Source of the DNA: Macrostomum lignano
Lineage: Eukaryota
Direction of reading: 5' to 3'
Length of the DNA stretch: 64,000 bases
Assembly (NCBI GenBank): GCA_002269645.1
Contig: NIVC01003880.1
Span: 1-64,000 of the forward strand
The notes below the pieces were generated by a model. That model searched no databases. It was not told where the DNA came from and saw nothing but the letters and a program-made list of their open reading frames with translations. Below are positions 24,101 through 36,171 of this stretch, in pieces. A program made the position numbers and the translations under genes. Each line of letters starts with the position of its first letter. Positions within the stretch are counted from its first letter, which is position 1.

Positions 24101-27100
24101 CACCTAGCAGGCCACTTCTGCCCACAACTGGTTCAGGTGCTGCGCTGCTACTTTTGGATTCTGGCACCCAAGATTCTGGTGGCTATGTGGCCTACATTTT
24201 CTCTCAGACCACAAGACACACCTTTTTAGAACCTTATGTTTTATAGTGTGTTTTATTGTATGGGCCTAGTTGCTATACCAAAAATCTTGTTTTGCATTTA
24301 AGTTAATAAAACTTCTGCTTCAGGAATTTATTACTTGTGCCTAAAAATTCTAAAACCTATTTCTGTTGCCTGTTCATCTTTTTCACTAAATCAAGAGGCA
24401 TTAAGAGCTTCATTTAGAGCTCTGTGAGATTCACATTTGTATTGAAACTGTTTGGATAGGATCATAACCATGCCCCCCACCCAGATATCTTTTTTACCCT
24501 TCTTGAGGTAGCCATATTGATTTTCTGTTCTGGTCTGTGCAGACTGCTCTATACGTCCATGGCCATAGATTAAAATATTTGAGCTGATGCTGCTTTATTA
24601 ATAAAACTTTTTATTATCCGATCAATGTGTTTGGGAAGTCGTGTTTTAAATCGTAGGCTCGTTTACTCGTATATTTGTTGAAATTAAGCAAGAGCTCGTC
24701 AATCGTTTCGCGCTTGTTCCTGCAGTCTATCAATTGTGGGTCTGTAAGCCAAGCATATACCCATAAACTAATACGTGGCTGCTGGCAGCCACACATCACA
24801 GGTACATAGCTGGTTGAGCTTAAAAAGCACTTATTAGTTATATAAGGAGTATGCTATAGTAAAAATAAAAGCATCCTAGCTTTCAAAGCTAGAACATTAC
24901 AACGCTACCACGCTGAAGAGGGCTCGTACTCTCATGCCAGAGCGAACGCAGAAAAGTCGATACAAAAGAGGCCAAATTGCAACGTAAAAGTGAAAATAAG
25001 GAAGCACATACTGCGCGTGTTCTCAAACTCTGCTCGAGCAGCTCAGATTGGCCCTGCTGAAACTGAAGTGCAGCATACTGCCAGACTGTGCTCAAAATCT
25101 GCTTGTGTCGAACAAAGCTGAGTGACAGAGTCCAACTTGCAGCGATGCGCCAGACTGGATTCTGATCGACTACCCGCCGAACATAAGAGGTGGGGTTCTC
25201 TACAATGGTTGTCAATTATGTTGACACAAGTTGTTGCTGCGTGTAGCGATTTGTAGCGATTTTTATTTTCATTCCGTTTCCAAACAGCTGAAAGGTACAT
25301 CTGTGGAGATGAACATTTTATTATTAGAGAGATAATGAGTGAACACTTTGTCTGTATTTTTTGCTGTCTTCTTTCTATTCCAATAGGATTCTAGCACCAT
25401 GCAGATTTCAAGATATTAAATTATGAGTTCCAAGTTATTTAAGCATGATTACATAGTCTGTTACAATGCTATAACCTTCATGATGCCCCAAAATTATTGA
25501 TCCTAGGTAAATCTGATGTCAGTTAAGCAGACCAATGAATTTAAAGTAAATTTAAAGTCAATCAGACCTGATTATTTGGTGTTAGTAAGTGAAATCTGAT
25601 TAATCTGGTGATCTTAGACTAGAATTGCTAGTCATAAAAAATTTTAAGTGATGGTCAATAAAAAGATGTTTAAAGTAATTTTTACAAAATTTACCTCAAA
25701 TTATTCAGTATGAAATAAGCAGAATAACTATCATTAAAAATAAATAAAGCCTAATTCATTACAAAATATACATTAAATGGCAATAAAATTATATTAGGTT
25801 GTCCCTGCTGCAAAGCCAAAAAAATGCTTCTTTATAGGGTTCTTTGCAGTGCCTTGAGGAAATATCTAAGCTTTTCATTGTACATGCTCCACACAGTGGG
25901 CTTCCGGAGAAAAAAATCATGACAAAAACTAACATTTATGGCATTTAAGAGCCAACAAAGAGTACCATTTAGTAAAGAAAAAAAATGCTTCAAGCTTGAT
26001 AGGTGTGTAATAACATATTTCAATTCTAAAAGCTGGAAATTATTCATTTTGATGCAACAGACTACTGGAGAAAATCACTTTGTGCTCTCTAACTATTAAA
26101 AAGTATTTTTATATTGTTATAGAATGGTTATACAATAAGTAATATATTAGGCTTTTTCAATAAAAAGCATCGATTTTATGCTAAATTATTTTCTAAAATG
26201 TAAAAGTGAATAATCCAATTGGATACATCAATTTAGATTAGTTTTTAACATATTCTCATATGAGCATATAGGTGGGATGTCATAATCAATGTTTACTACC
26301 AAAACGAAGAATATTCGAACTACAGTAAGGTTTATACAAATAAAGCATTACTCATGCATGCATTTAATGCAAATTAACTTAAAACTTTCACCAACTACAT
26401 TAATTCATACATTTTTAGCCCTTATTTGTAAATTATATAGAATTTTTTTCACACGTGTTCAACGTGGTTGAATTTCCGCCAAAAAAATTATCGCTGAAAA
26501 GGACATATTTTGTCTTTTAGAGGAGCGAAAAAGACTAATTTTACTTAGATTATAGTAAAATTATTTATAATTCACAGTTTAATGCAAGATTTAACCGGCC
26601 ATACTCATTAGAAAACAGATACAATTTGGTATTACAAAGTTTGAATGGTGTAAACTCGCGATGCCCTCGTTTTGACTTTGCCCCAACATCATGACCTTAA
26701 TTTGAGAACTACCCCGGTGCGCACGAAAAAAAATCCAGATAAATTTATTTTGTTGAATTTATAACGCATACAGGAGTAATAACTATCTGAATGTAATTGT
26801 TATTACTTTTTTAAATATCCTAACTTATATATAATAAAACTGACAAAATTTACTTATAAATAAATCAATATTGTTACAAAAACTGCTTTACCTTGTTTTT
26901 TCGTGTAAAGATTTCCGGTTTGGCATTTGCTAATCGGATTGCATTAGGCCATTGTATTAGGCGAATTATAAGGCCAAAAAATTCAGAGGTCTTTGCTATA
27001 ACTAAAGCTTTGTGTCGTGACATAAGTTTGCATGTTAATCGAAGACCATTTTATTAAAAAATTTGATAATGGCACAAACATGGCTCTTTTCTTTAGAGAA

Positions 27101-28231
27101 TAAGTCATACAGATAACTAGGCCTACTATTTATCTTTTCTTAAATAATGTTGCTCAATAGAGGGCCCCTAGGCTATTGATAATTCTAGTTTTAGTAGTGC
27201 TAGTAGGATGTCAATAAAAATAATTAATTTATAAATATAATCTGTAGATTTTATTTGTATTTTATTTTAGTGTTTTAATTTTATTAGAATTAGGGCCTAA
27301 ATAATAAATCTATGTTGCTCAATACTCTCTATCTTACTCTTTATGGTTATAGATCAGACTAGCAATCTAGTGCCACCCCCCTTCGGGGTGCAGGAGCAAA
27401 ATTATTCATAGAAAAAATTAAAAAGCACATTTTCTTAAGAACCAATTTTCCTTCTTAAGTTTTAAAAATCACCTTATGGCTTATTCAAGTAAAAATGTCA
27501 ACAGGCAAAGAGGTTTGCTATGAATCTTTTTTTCTAGAATTAACAAAGAGAAGAGAAACCAAAAGAGAAAAATGCTTTGTTATAAAGAAAATACTTTAAA
27601 AAATATTTTTCTAGTTTTTGCATTTTATTGCCATTGAGACAATAGCCAATTATGCCTTTTTTATAGAAGTGGCTTTTATAAAAATCCATTAGTATCACAT
27701 AATTCATAAAAATAGACCTGTTTTTATTTTGAAATTAACAAAATTGATCAGTTTTAATATAAAATTTGAAAGAAAAAAATTATAAAATGCAAAGCAAGTT
27801 ACCTATTACTAAATAAATAAAGTTATATAAAAATATTTTTAAAAACCTAGTTTTTTGGCAGAAATAATCAAAGTAGAATATGATAAATCTGCTAAAGCAG
27901 GATTGCTTTATGTATAAATAGATTAGGCCTAAAAGTAGCAAATAGATTATTTATGTGTATCCCTATGCTAATCCTTTTATAAAATACCCTATATGAAGTT
28001 ATAGGGGGAATTATCTATGCTATTTCCATTGTTTCTAAAAACAACCTTAAGGAAATAAACTAGGCCTAGTCAAGAATTTATACTAAATAGATGCCATATA
28101 AATTGACTATAGAAGTAAAACCATAGCAAATTCAGTACATTTTAAAGAACTTGTAGGTTTGATTATATTTTGTTGAAAAGGAGTTTTAAATAATTGTAAA
28201 TAACTTTGAATTGCCCTTATACTAAGCTGTA

Positions 28232-28585
28232 ATCTCCCTTGAAAATCGCCTTTATACCAGACTAATCTCCCTTGAGAATCGCCTAACACCAGGCTGTAAT
28301 CTCCCTTGAGAATCGCCTTATACCAGGCTGTAATCTCCCTTTAAAATCGCCTTATACTAGGCTATAATCTCCTTTGAGAATCGCCTTACACTAGGCTGTA
28401 ATCTCCTTTGAAAATCACCTTATAACAGGCTGTAATCCCTTGAGAATCGCCTTATACTATGTTATAATCTCCTTTGAGAAATGCCTTACACCAGGCTGTA
28501 ATCTCCCTTAAAAATTGCCTTTATACCAGACTAATCTCCCTTGAGAATTGCCTTATACCAGGCTGTAATCTCCTTTGAGAAGCTG
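28232..28585. repeat. Degenerate ~33-bp minisatellite (gagaatcgccttataccaggctgtaatctccctt), with further units at ~28985-29050
   Basis: Direct inspection. Confidence 0.8.
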
Positions 28586-29080
28586 TAATCCTAGGTTTAT
28601 TTTTTAAGCCATATGGGGTTTTTTGGCCCCTTGAAAATCTCATTGACAACTGGATTTTTGGCATCAGAGGCCAATCAGGCAACTTCATTTCCTTGTGCCA
28701 GTTGCCACTTTCAGAAAATGATTTTGCAAGTGTAATAAAAGTGCCATATGAATCTAAGTTGTGGCAAATACTAAGTTGCAAAAATTTACAATGTCAATAA
28801 CAAGTCCCAGACAGTCTCATTCCCATAGTCATACAGTGCATACATGTTTAATGAGCCTCGGAAATATCTATCCTCAAGAATGTGGCTAGTTGCCAACGGG
28901 CAACCAAAAATAGCCATTGGCAACTGGATTTTGAGCCCCAAGGGCCAGCTGGCAACTGGATTTCCAACCTTAAAAAAACCCTGCTGTAATCTCCTTTGAG
29001 AATCGTCCTACACCAGGCTGTAATCTCCCTAGAGAATCGCCCCTATATACCAGACTATGATCTAAATTTCTCATTATTGC

Positions 29081-29980
29081 ATGCCTCTGCCAACTGTGTC
29101 GTTGGTGCTGCTGAGAGCCGCCTTTCGTGGCATTCGCTGCCACAAGCTCCTCCTTGTTGCACAGCGGGCAAACAGTTTTACAACAAAGCCTTGCATTTGG
29201 ACTGCGCAACCAGGCCAGCGTGCACTGTGCACTTCTAAATCGTCATCGTCTAATGTCGATGAAGAGGACGACAGCCAGTTAGACTACGACGAATATGTTG
29301 AATATCTCGGCGACGATCGCGACGATCGACGAGTTGACGAGGCGGCTATCAAGGCGGATCTGGCCGCCGCTGCCGCTGAAAGACGTCGCCGTTTTGTAGC
29401 CGAGTGTCCAGTGGATGCAGTCCAGCGCGGCCGCACCGGGGTGATCGATCTAGGCGACCTAGTGCGCCTATTGCGGCACCGTAACGCTCGGGATATTGTT
29501 GTCATGGCAACTAGCCCGGTAAACAAATTCCGGCCATCGATTCGTCCTCCATATTTAGCCGTGTGCTCCGGCAGATCCTCGCGTCATCTTGTCAGCATCG
29601 CCGAATACGTGCTCCAGGTGTACAAGTCCCGAGTCCTGTCCGAGGGTCAGTGCCAAGATCAGGCCGCTGATCAGCTGCCTCGAATCGAAGTGGGCTCGAG
29701 TCCATCTCAGTGCAACTGGGCGGCTATGGATCTGGGCAACTGCGAGCTGCACTGCTTCCTGCCGGCTGTTCGGACTCGCTACGATCTCGAATCCCTTTGG
29801 TGTCTAGGTCCCGAACTCGATTCCTCTTGTCAATCGAATGCTAGCGAAGACTCGAATTTGTCTACTTCAAATGGCATCGACTGGGACAAGGTGGCGCGTG
29901 AAGCCCTTGAAGAGAAACAGCAGCGCAGAATGAAGGCTGCTCAGGGCGATAGTGATAACAATGCTGCTCAGAATCATTGA
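29081..29980 (+). CDS. MALSU1: Mitochondrial assembly of ribosomal large subunit protein 1 (RsfS/Iojap family), intronless, 299 aa
   Basis: Arg-rich presequence-like N-terminus; GRTGVIDLGDLVRLLR...ARDIVV...VCSGRSSRHL...WAAMDLGN..LHCFLPAVRTRYDLESLWCLGPELD matches the RsfS/MALSU1 domain. Confidence 0.92.
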   Translation: MPLPTVSLVLLRAAFRGIRCHKLLLVAQRANSFTTKPCIWTAQPGQRALCTSKSSSSNVDEEDDSQLDYDEYVEYLGDDRDDRRVDEAAIKADLAAAAAERRRRFVAECPVDAVQRGRTGVIDLGDLVRLLRHRNARDIVVMATSPVNKFRPSIRPPYLAVCSGRSSRHLVSIAEYVLQVYKSRVLSEGQCQDQAADQLPRIEVGSSPSQCNWAAMDLGNCELHCFLPAVRTRYDLESLWCLGPELDSSCQSNASEDSNLSTSNGIDWDKVAREALEEKQQRRMKAAQGDSDNNAAQNH

Positions 29981-30154
29981 GTTATCATGCGCGTCACTGT
30001 CTTATTTCCTATTTAATATTAAATTCATATCGTTATGCTACATTCTTGGCATTGGTCGTGTATATATCGTTTTCGTGTTTATCAAGCGTTTATAAGTTCT
30101 GTTTATTTGCTGTGATCTTTCTTTTAGACTAGAGAAGAACAAGTTCTCTCACAG

Positions 30155-33100
30155 AATCTCCCTTGAAAATCGCCTGCAAAGCTAGAATCTCCTTTGAGAA
30201 TCGCCTACAAAGCTAGAATCTCCTTTGAGAATCGCCTGCAAAGCTAGAATCTCCTTTGAGAATCGCCTGCAAAGCTAGAATCTCCTTTTGAGAATCGCCT
30301 GCAATGCTAGAATCTCCTTTGAGAATCGCCTGCAAAGCTAGATTCTCCTTTTGAGAATCGCCTGCAATGCTAGAATCTCCCTTGAGAATCGCCTGCAAAG
30401 CTAGAATCTCTCTTGAGAATCGTTAGCAAAACTAGAATCTCCCTTTGAGAATCGCCTGCAAAGCTAGAATCTTCTTTAAGAATCGCCTGCAAATCTAGAA
30501 TCTCCTTTTGAGAATCGCCTGCAATGCTAGAATCTCCTTTGAGAATCACCTGCAAAGCTAGAATCTCCCTTTGAGAATCGCCTGCAAAGCTAGAATCTCC
30601 CTTGAGAATCGCCAGCTAAGCTAAATCTCCCTTGAGAATCGCCAGCTAAGCTAGAATCTCTCTTGAGAATCGCATGCAAAGCTAGAATCTCCCTTTGAGA
30701 ATCACCTGCAAAGCTAGAATCTCCCTTGAGAATCGCCTGCAAAGCTAGAATCTCTCTTGAGAATCGCCAGCAAAGCTAGAATCTCTCTTGAGAATCGCCA
30801 GCAAAGCTAGAATCTCCCTTTGAGAATCGCCTGCAAAGCTAGAATCTCCCTTTGAGAATCGCCTGCAAAGCTAGAATCTCCCTTTGAGAATCGCCTGCAA
30901 AGCTAGAATCTCTCTTGAGAATCGGATGCAAAGCTAGAATCTCCCTTTGAGAATCGCCTGCAAAGCTAGAATCTCTCTTGAGAATCGCCAGCTAAGCTAG
31001 AATCTCCCTTGAGAAATCGCATGCAAAGCTAGAATCCCCCATTGAGAATCGCCTGCAAAGCTAGAATCTCCCTTTGAGAATCGCCTGCAAAGCTAGAATC
31101 TCTCTTGAGAATCGCCAGTAAAGCTAGAATCTCTCTTGAAAATCGCCAGCAAAGCTAGAATCTCCTTTGAGAATCGCCTGCAAAGCTAGAATCTCTCTTG
31201 AGAATCGGATGCAAAGCTAGAATCTCCCTTTGAGAATCGCCTGCAAAGCTAGAATCTCCCTTTGAGAATCGCCTGCAAAGCTAGAATCTCCCTTTGAGAA
31301 TCGCCTGCAAAGCTAGAATCTCTCTTGAGAATCCCCAGCAAAGCTAGAATCTCTCTTGAGAATCGCCAGCTAAGCTAAATCTCCCTTGAGAATCGCCAGC
31401 TAAGCTAGAATCTCCCATGAGAATCGCCAGCTAAGCTAGAATCTCCCTTGAGAAATCGCATGCAAAGCTAGAATCCCCCATTGAGAATCGCCTGCAAAGC
31501 TAGAATCTCCCTTTGAGAATCGCCTGCAAAGCTAGAATCTCTCTTGAGAATCGCCAGCAAAGCTAGAATCTCTCTTGAAAATCGCCAGCAAAGCTAGAAT
31601 CTCCTTTGAGAATCGCCTGCAAAGCTAGAATCTCTCTTGAGAATCGGATGCAAAGCTAGAATCTCCCTTTGAGAATCGCCTGCAAAGCTAGAATCTCCCT
31701 TTGAGAATCGCCTGCAAAGCTAGAATCTCCCTTTGAGAATCGCCTGCAAAGCTAGAATCTCCCTTTGAGAATCGCCTGCAAAGCTAGAATCTCTCTTGAG
31801 AATCGCCAGCTAAGCTAGAATCTCCCTTGAGAATCGCCAGCTAAGCTAAATCTCCCTTGAGAATCGCCAGCTAAGCTAGAATCTCCCATGAGAATCGCCA
31901 GCTAAGCTAGAATCTCCCTTGAGAAATCGCATGCAAAGCTAGAATCCCCCATTGAGAATCGCCTGCAAAGCTAGAATCTCCCTTTGAGAATCGCCTGCAA
32001 AGCTAGAATCTCTCTTGAGAATCGCCAGCAAAGCTAGAATCTCTCTTGAGAATCGCCAGCAAAGCTAGAATCTCTCTTGAGAATCGCCAGCAAAGCTAGA
32101 ATCTCTCTTGAAAATCGCCAGCAAAGCTAGAATCTCCTTTGAGAATCGCCTGCAAAGCTAGAATCTCTCTTGAGAATCGGATGCAAAGCTAGAATCTCCC
32201 TTTGAGAATCGCCAGCTAAGCTAAATCTCCCTTGAGAATCGCCAGCTAAGCTAGAATCTCCCATGAGAATCGCCAGCTAAGCTAGAATCTCCCTTGAGAA
32301 ATCGCATGCAAAGCTAGAATCCCCCATTGAGAATCGCCTGCAAAGCTAGAATCTCCCTTTGAGAATCGCCTGCAAAGCTAGAATCTCTCTTGAGAATCGC
32401 CAGCAAAGCTAGAATCTCTCTTGAAAATCGCCAGCAAAGCTAGAATCTCCTTTGAGAATCGCCTGCAAAGCTAGAATCTCTCTTGAGAATCGGATGCAAA
32501 GCTAGAATCTCCCTTTGAGAATCGCCTGCAAAGCTAGAATCTCCCTTTGAGAATCGCCTGCAAAGCTAGAATCTCCCTTTGAGAATCGCCTGCAAAGCTA
32601 GAATCTCTCTTGAGAATCCCCAGCAAAGCTAGAATCTCTCTTGAGAATCGCCAGCTAAGCTAGAATCTCCCTTGAGAATCGCCAGCTAAGCTAAATCTCC
32701 CTTGAGAATCGCCAGCTAAGCTAGAATCTCCCATGAGAATCGCCAGCTAAGCTAGAATCTCCCTTGAGAAATCGCATGCAAAGCTAGAATCCCCCATTGA
32801 GAATCGCCTGCAAAGCTAGAATCTCCCTTTGAGAATCGCCTGCAAAGCTAGAATCTCTCTTGAGAATCGCCAGCAAAGCTAGAATCTCTCTTGAAAATCG
32901 CCAGCAAAGCTAGAATCTCCTTTGAGAATCGCCTGCAAAGCTAGAATCTCTCTTGAGAATCGGATGCAAAGCTAGAATCTCCCTTTGAGAATCGCCTGCA
33001 AAGCTAGAATCTCCCTTTGAGAATCGCCTGCAAAGCTAGAATCTCCCTTTGAGAATCGCCTGCAAAGCTAGAATCTCCCTTTGAGAATCGCCTGCAAAGC

Positions 33101-34185
33101 TAGAATCTCTCTTGAGAATCCCCAGCAAAGCTAGAATCTCTCTTGAGAATCGCCAGCTAAGCTAGAATCTCCCTTGAGAATCGCCAGCTAAGCTAAATCT
33201 CCCTTGAGAATCGCCAGCTAAGCTAGAATCTCCCATGAGAATCGCCAGCTAAGCTAGAATCTCCCTTGAGAAATCGCATGCAAAGCTAGAATCCCCCATT
33301 GAGAATCGCCTGCAAAGCTAGAATCTCCCTTTGAGAATCGCCTGCAAAGCTAGAATCTCTCTTGAGAATCGCCAGCAAAGCTAGAATCTCTCTTGAAAAT
33401 CGCCAGCAAAGCTAGAATCTCTTTTGAGAATCGCCTGCAAAGCTAGAATCTCTCTTGAGAATCGGATGCAAAGCTAGAATCTCCCTTTGAGAATCGCCTG
33501 CAAAGCTAGAATCTCCCTTTGAGAATCGCCTGCAAAGCTAGAATCTCTCTTGAGAATTCCCAGCAAAGCTAGAATCTCTCTTGAGAATCGCCAGCTAAGC
33601 TAGAATCTCCCTTGAGAATCGCCAGCTAAGCTAAATCTCCCTTGAGAATCGCCAGCTAAGCTAGAATCTCCCATGAGAATCGCCAGCTAAGCTAGAATCT
33701 CCCTTGAGAAATCGCATGCAAAGCTAGAATCCCCCATTGAGAATCGCCTGCAAAGCTAGAATCTCCCTTTGAGAATCGCCTGCAAAGCTAGAATCTCTCT
33801 TGAGAATCGCCAGCAAAGCTAGAATCTCTCTTGAAAATCGCCAGCAAAGCTAGAATCTCCTTTGAAAATCGCCAGCAAAGCTAGAATCTCCTTTGAGAAT
33901 CGCCTGCAAAGCTAGAATCTCTCTTGAGAATCGCCAGCAAAGCTAGAATCTCCCTTGAGAATCGCCAGCTAAGCTAGAATCTCCCTTGAGAATCGCCAGC
34001 TAAGCTAGAATCTCCCATGAGAATCGCCAGCTAAGCTAGAATCTCCCTTGAGAAATCGCATGCAAAGCTAGAATCCCCCATTGAGAATCGCCTGCAAAGC
34101 TAGAATCTCCCTTTGAGAATTGCCTGCAAAGCTAGAATCTCCTTTGAGAATCGCCTGCAAAGCTAGAATCTCCTTTGAGAATCCC
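30155..34185. repeat. ~4-kb minisatellite, 31-32-bp unit gagaatcgcctgcaaagctagaatctcccttt, with higher-order structure
   Basis: Direct inspection. Variant monomer gagaaatcgcatgc recurs at 31011, 31450, 31921, 32296, 32766, 33268, 33706 and 34050. Confidence 0.96.
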
Positions 34186-34227
34186 CAAATCCCTAAATGT
34201 TTGCAGCTAGCTGAAACAGCTGATCAA

Positions 34228-36034
34228 ATGTTCAGCTCGAACAGCGGCGCCAATTTTTCGCCGTCAAATCCCGGAGGCAATGGCATCATTCCGGAGAATC
34301 TTCGCGGCGCCGGCGGACCTCCCCTGATTGGGCAAGCGGCGGCTGGCGGCAGCGGCGGCCCTCCCATAGGCCGAGGCCGCGGCATTCGACCTCTGTCTAT
34401 GGACGACAATCGAAATCAGCAGCAGCCGCAGCCTCCAACAGTGCCGGCCGCTGTCGCTACTGGCCAGGTGGAACAGGTAAATCTGCAGTCGAATCCGCCA
34501 GTTCGCGGCCGGGGTCGCGGAATTCGCCCGCTAGATTTAACCGAATTTGACGAGCTGCCGCAGCCTCCGAAGGTTGAGCAGCAACAGCAACAGCAGCAAC
34601 CCGCTTGGTATGAGCCGCAGAATCCGCAGCAGCAATGGCGCCAAAGATCATCTCGTCCACAGCAGCCCTGGCGCAAGCAGTCGCCACGGCTGCAGCAGCA
34701 GCAGCAACAGGTTCGTTAATTATCTAATTGAATCAGTACTTTCAGTGTCTGTTATTGTGTGTTTATGGGTCATAAAAGTTAGTATATTTGATCAAGATGA
34801 TTTCGGTCCTGGTTTAGAATTAATAAACTTTATGCGGAATTCAACAACAAAAACAACCAGCATCAACAACAAAATAAACGAAAACACCAAAAAACAACAA
34901 CACTAACACGAACAAAACCACTACCAACAACAACAACGCCAAAAACAACAACACCAACAACAACACCAAAAACAACAAGAACAACACAAAAAACAACAAA
35001 ACCAACAACAATACCAAAAACAACAACACCTACTACAACACCAAAAACAACAACAACACCAAAAACAACAACAACAACACCAACACCAACAACACCAAAA
35101 ACAACAACAACAACAACACCAAAAAAGCAACAACAACACCAAAAACAACAACACCAACAACAACAACCAACAACAACACCAACAACAACACCAAAAACAA
35201 CAACAACACCAAAAAAAGCAACAACAACATCAACAACAACAACACCAACATTAACAATGACACCAAAAAAAGCAACAACAACATCAACAACAACACCAAC
35301 AACACCAACAAAAACACCAAAAACAACAACACCAACAATGACAACAACAGCAAAGCGCACTTATCATCAAGGTCATCAGAGTCTTAAGCATAAAAAATGG
35401 TGATAGAACATACATGCGCAACCTCCAAAATTCGGTCGGCCGTGCGACTTAGTTTAACAAAAATGCGACGTAGTTTTTAGCCAAAAATGCGACTTACATG
35501 TAAAAAAATCCTAAAGCAAAATTAACGCAACTTTGGGTAAACGGCAGGAGTAACTATGACTGTCTTATTAACCCAAAATGCCTCGTCAGCTACTTAGTAC
35601 TACTTCTTGGGTGTTTTTTGGGTGGGCATTTTTGCGACTTCCTTGGTTGGCCGCCAAATCGGTCGGCCAGATCGGCCGACTCGGCCGACTGTTGCGCATG
35701 TATGTGATAGAAGTAACGCAGTTAGCCAGCAGGCAGTGGACAAAACGGGAATTCACATCACACCGTGTCTTTCCACGTCTTTAGAATAGAGTTTGAACGA
35801 AATAGTTTTTCTCCAACTCACTGCGCATCACAGGGGCGCCATTACCAGCAGCAGCAGCAAGTGCAAGCGCTGTCACCAGAGGACCTGGAGTTTGTCACAA
35901 GTCACAGTCTGCGAAGCATTGCTCTAAATTGCGATACCAACTTTGCCGGACAGTCGCTTGAAATTCGTTCAGTCGCTCTTGAGCTGCTGTTGGATAGGGA
36001 GCGAAGGCTCGCCGTTGCTGCGAACTCATCTTAA
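34228..36034 (+). CDS. Uncharacterised low-complexity protein (Gly/Pro/Gln-rich, two RGRG-IRPL motifs). Putative exons 34228-34710 and 35834-36034, ~227 aa
   Basis: GC-rich open frame; donor CAG|gttcgt at 34710/11 and in-phase acceptor gcatcacag| at 35833/34. Second exon reads GRHYQQQQQVQALSPEDLEFVTSHSLRSIALN... No family recognised, and the exon 2 acceptor is inferred. Confidence 0.6.
34845..35352. repeat. Degenerate (CAA)n/(CCAAAAA) low-complexity tract in an intron
   Basis: Direct inspection. Confidence 0.9.
35409..35704. mobile_element. hAT-like MITE, family A, 296 bp
   Basis: Perfect 14-bp TIR catacatgcgcaac/gttgcgcatgtatg; 8-bp TSD tgatagaa on both sides. Confidence 0.92.
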
Positions 36035-36171
36035 TAACGCTAATGATTTTTTTCCGAGCATTTTCAAACGCTGACTTAAATAACGAGGCAATAGGCTTGC
36101 CGTATATTTCACTGCGTTGCTAGTTTAAAGGCTTGTTAAAGCTGAATTTCGAGTTTTTCAAGTATTTCTGT

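Noticed and set aside
18100-28200. Short ORFs (60-110 aa) in AT-rich DNA
   Set aside because: No recognisable domains or consistent splice chain; expected by chance. The best islands are listed only as a low-interest finding.
28640-28970. Repeated ggcaactgg/ccagttgcc motifs suggesting a MITE
   Set aside because: No matching termini or TSD could be defined.
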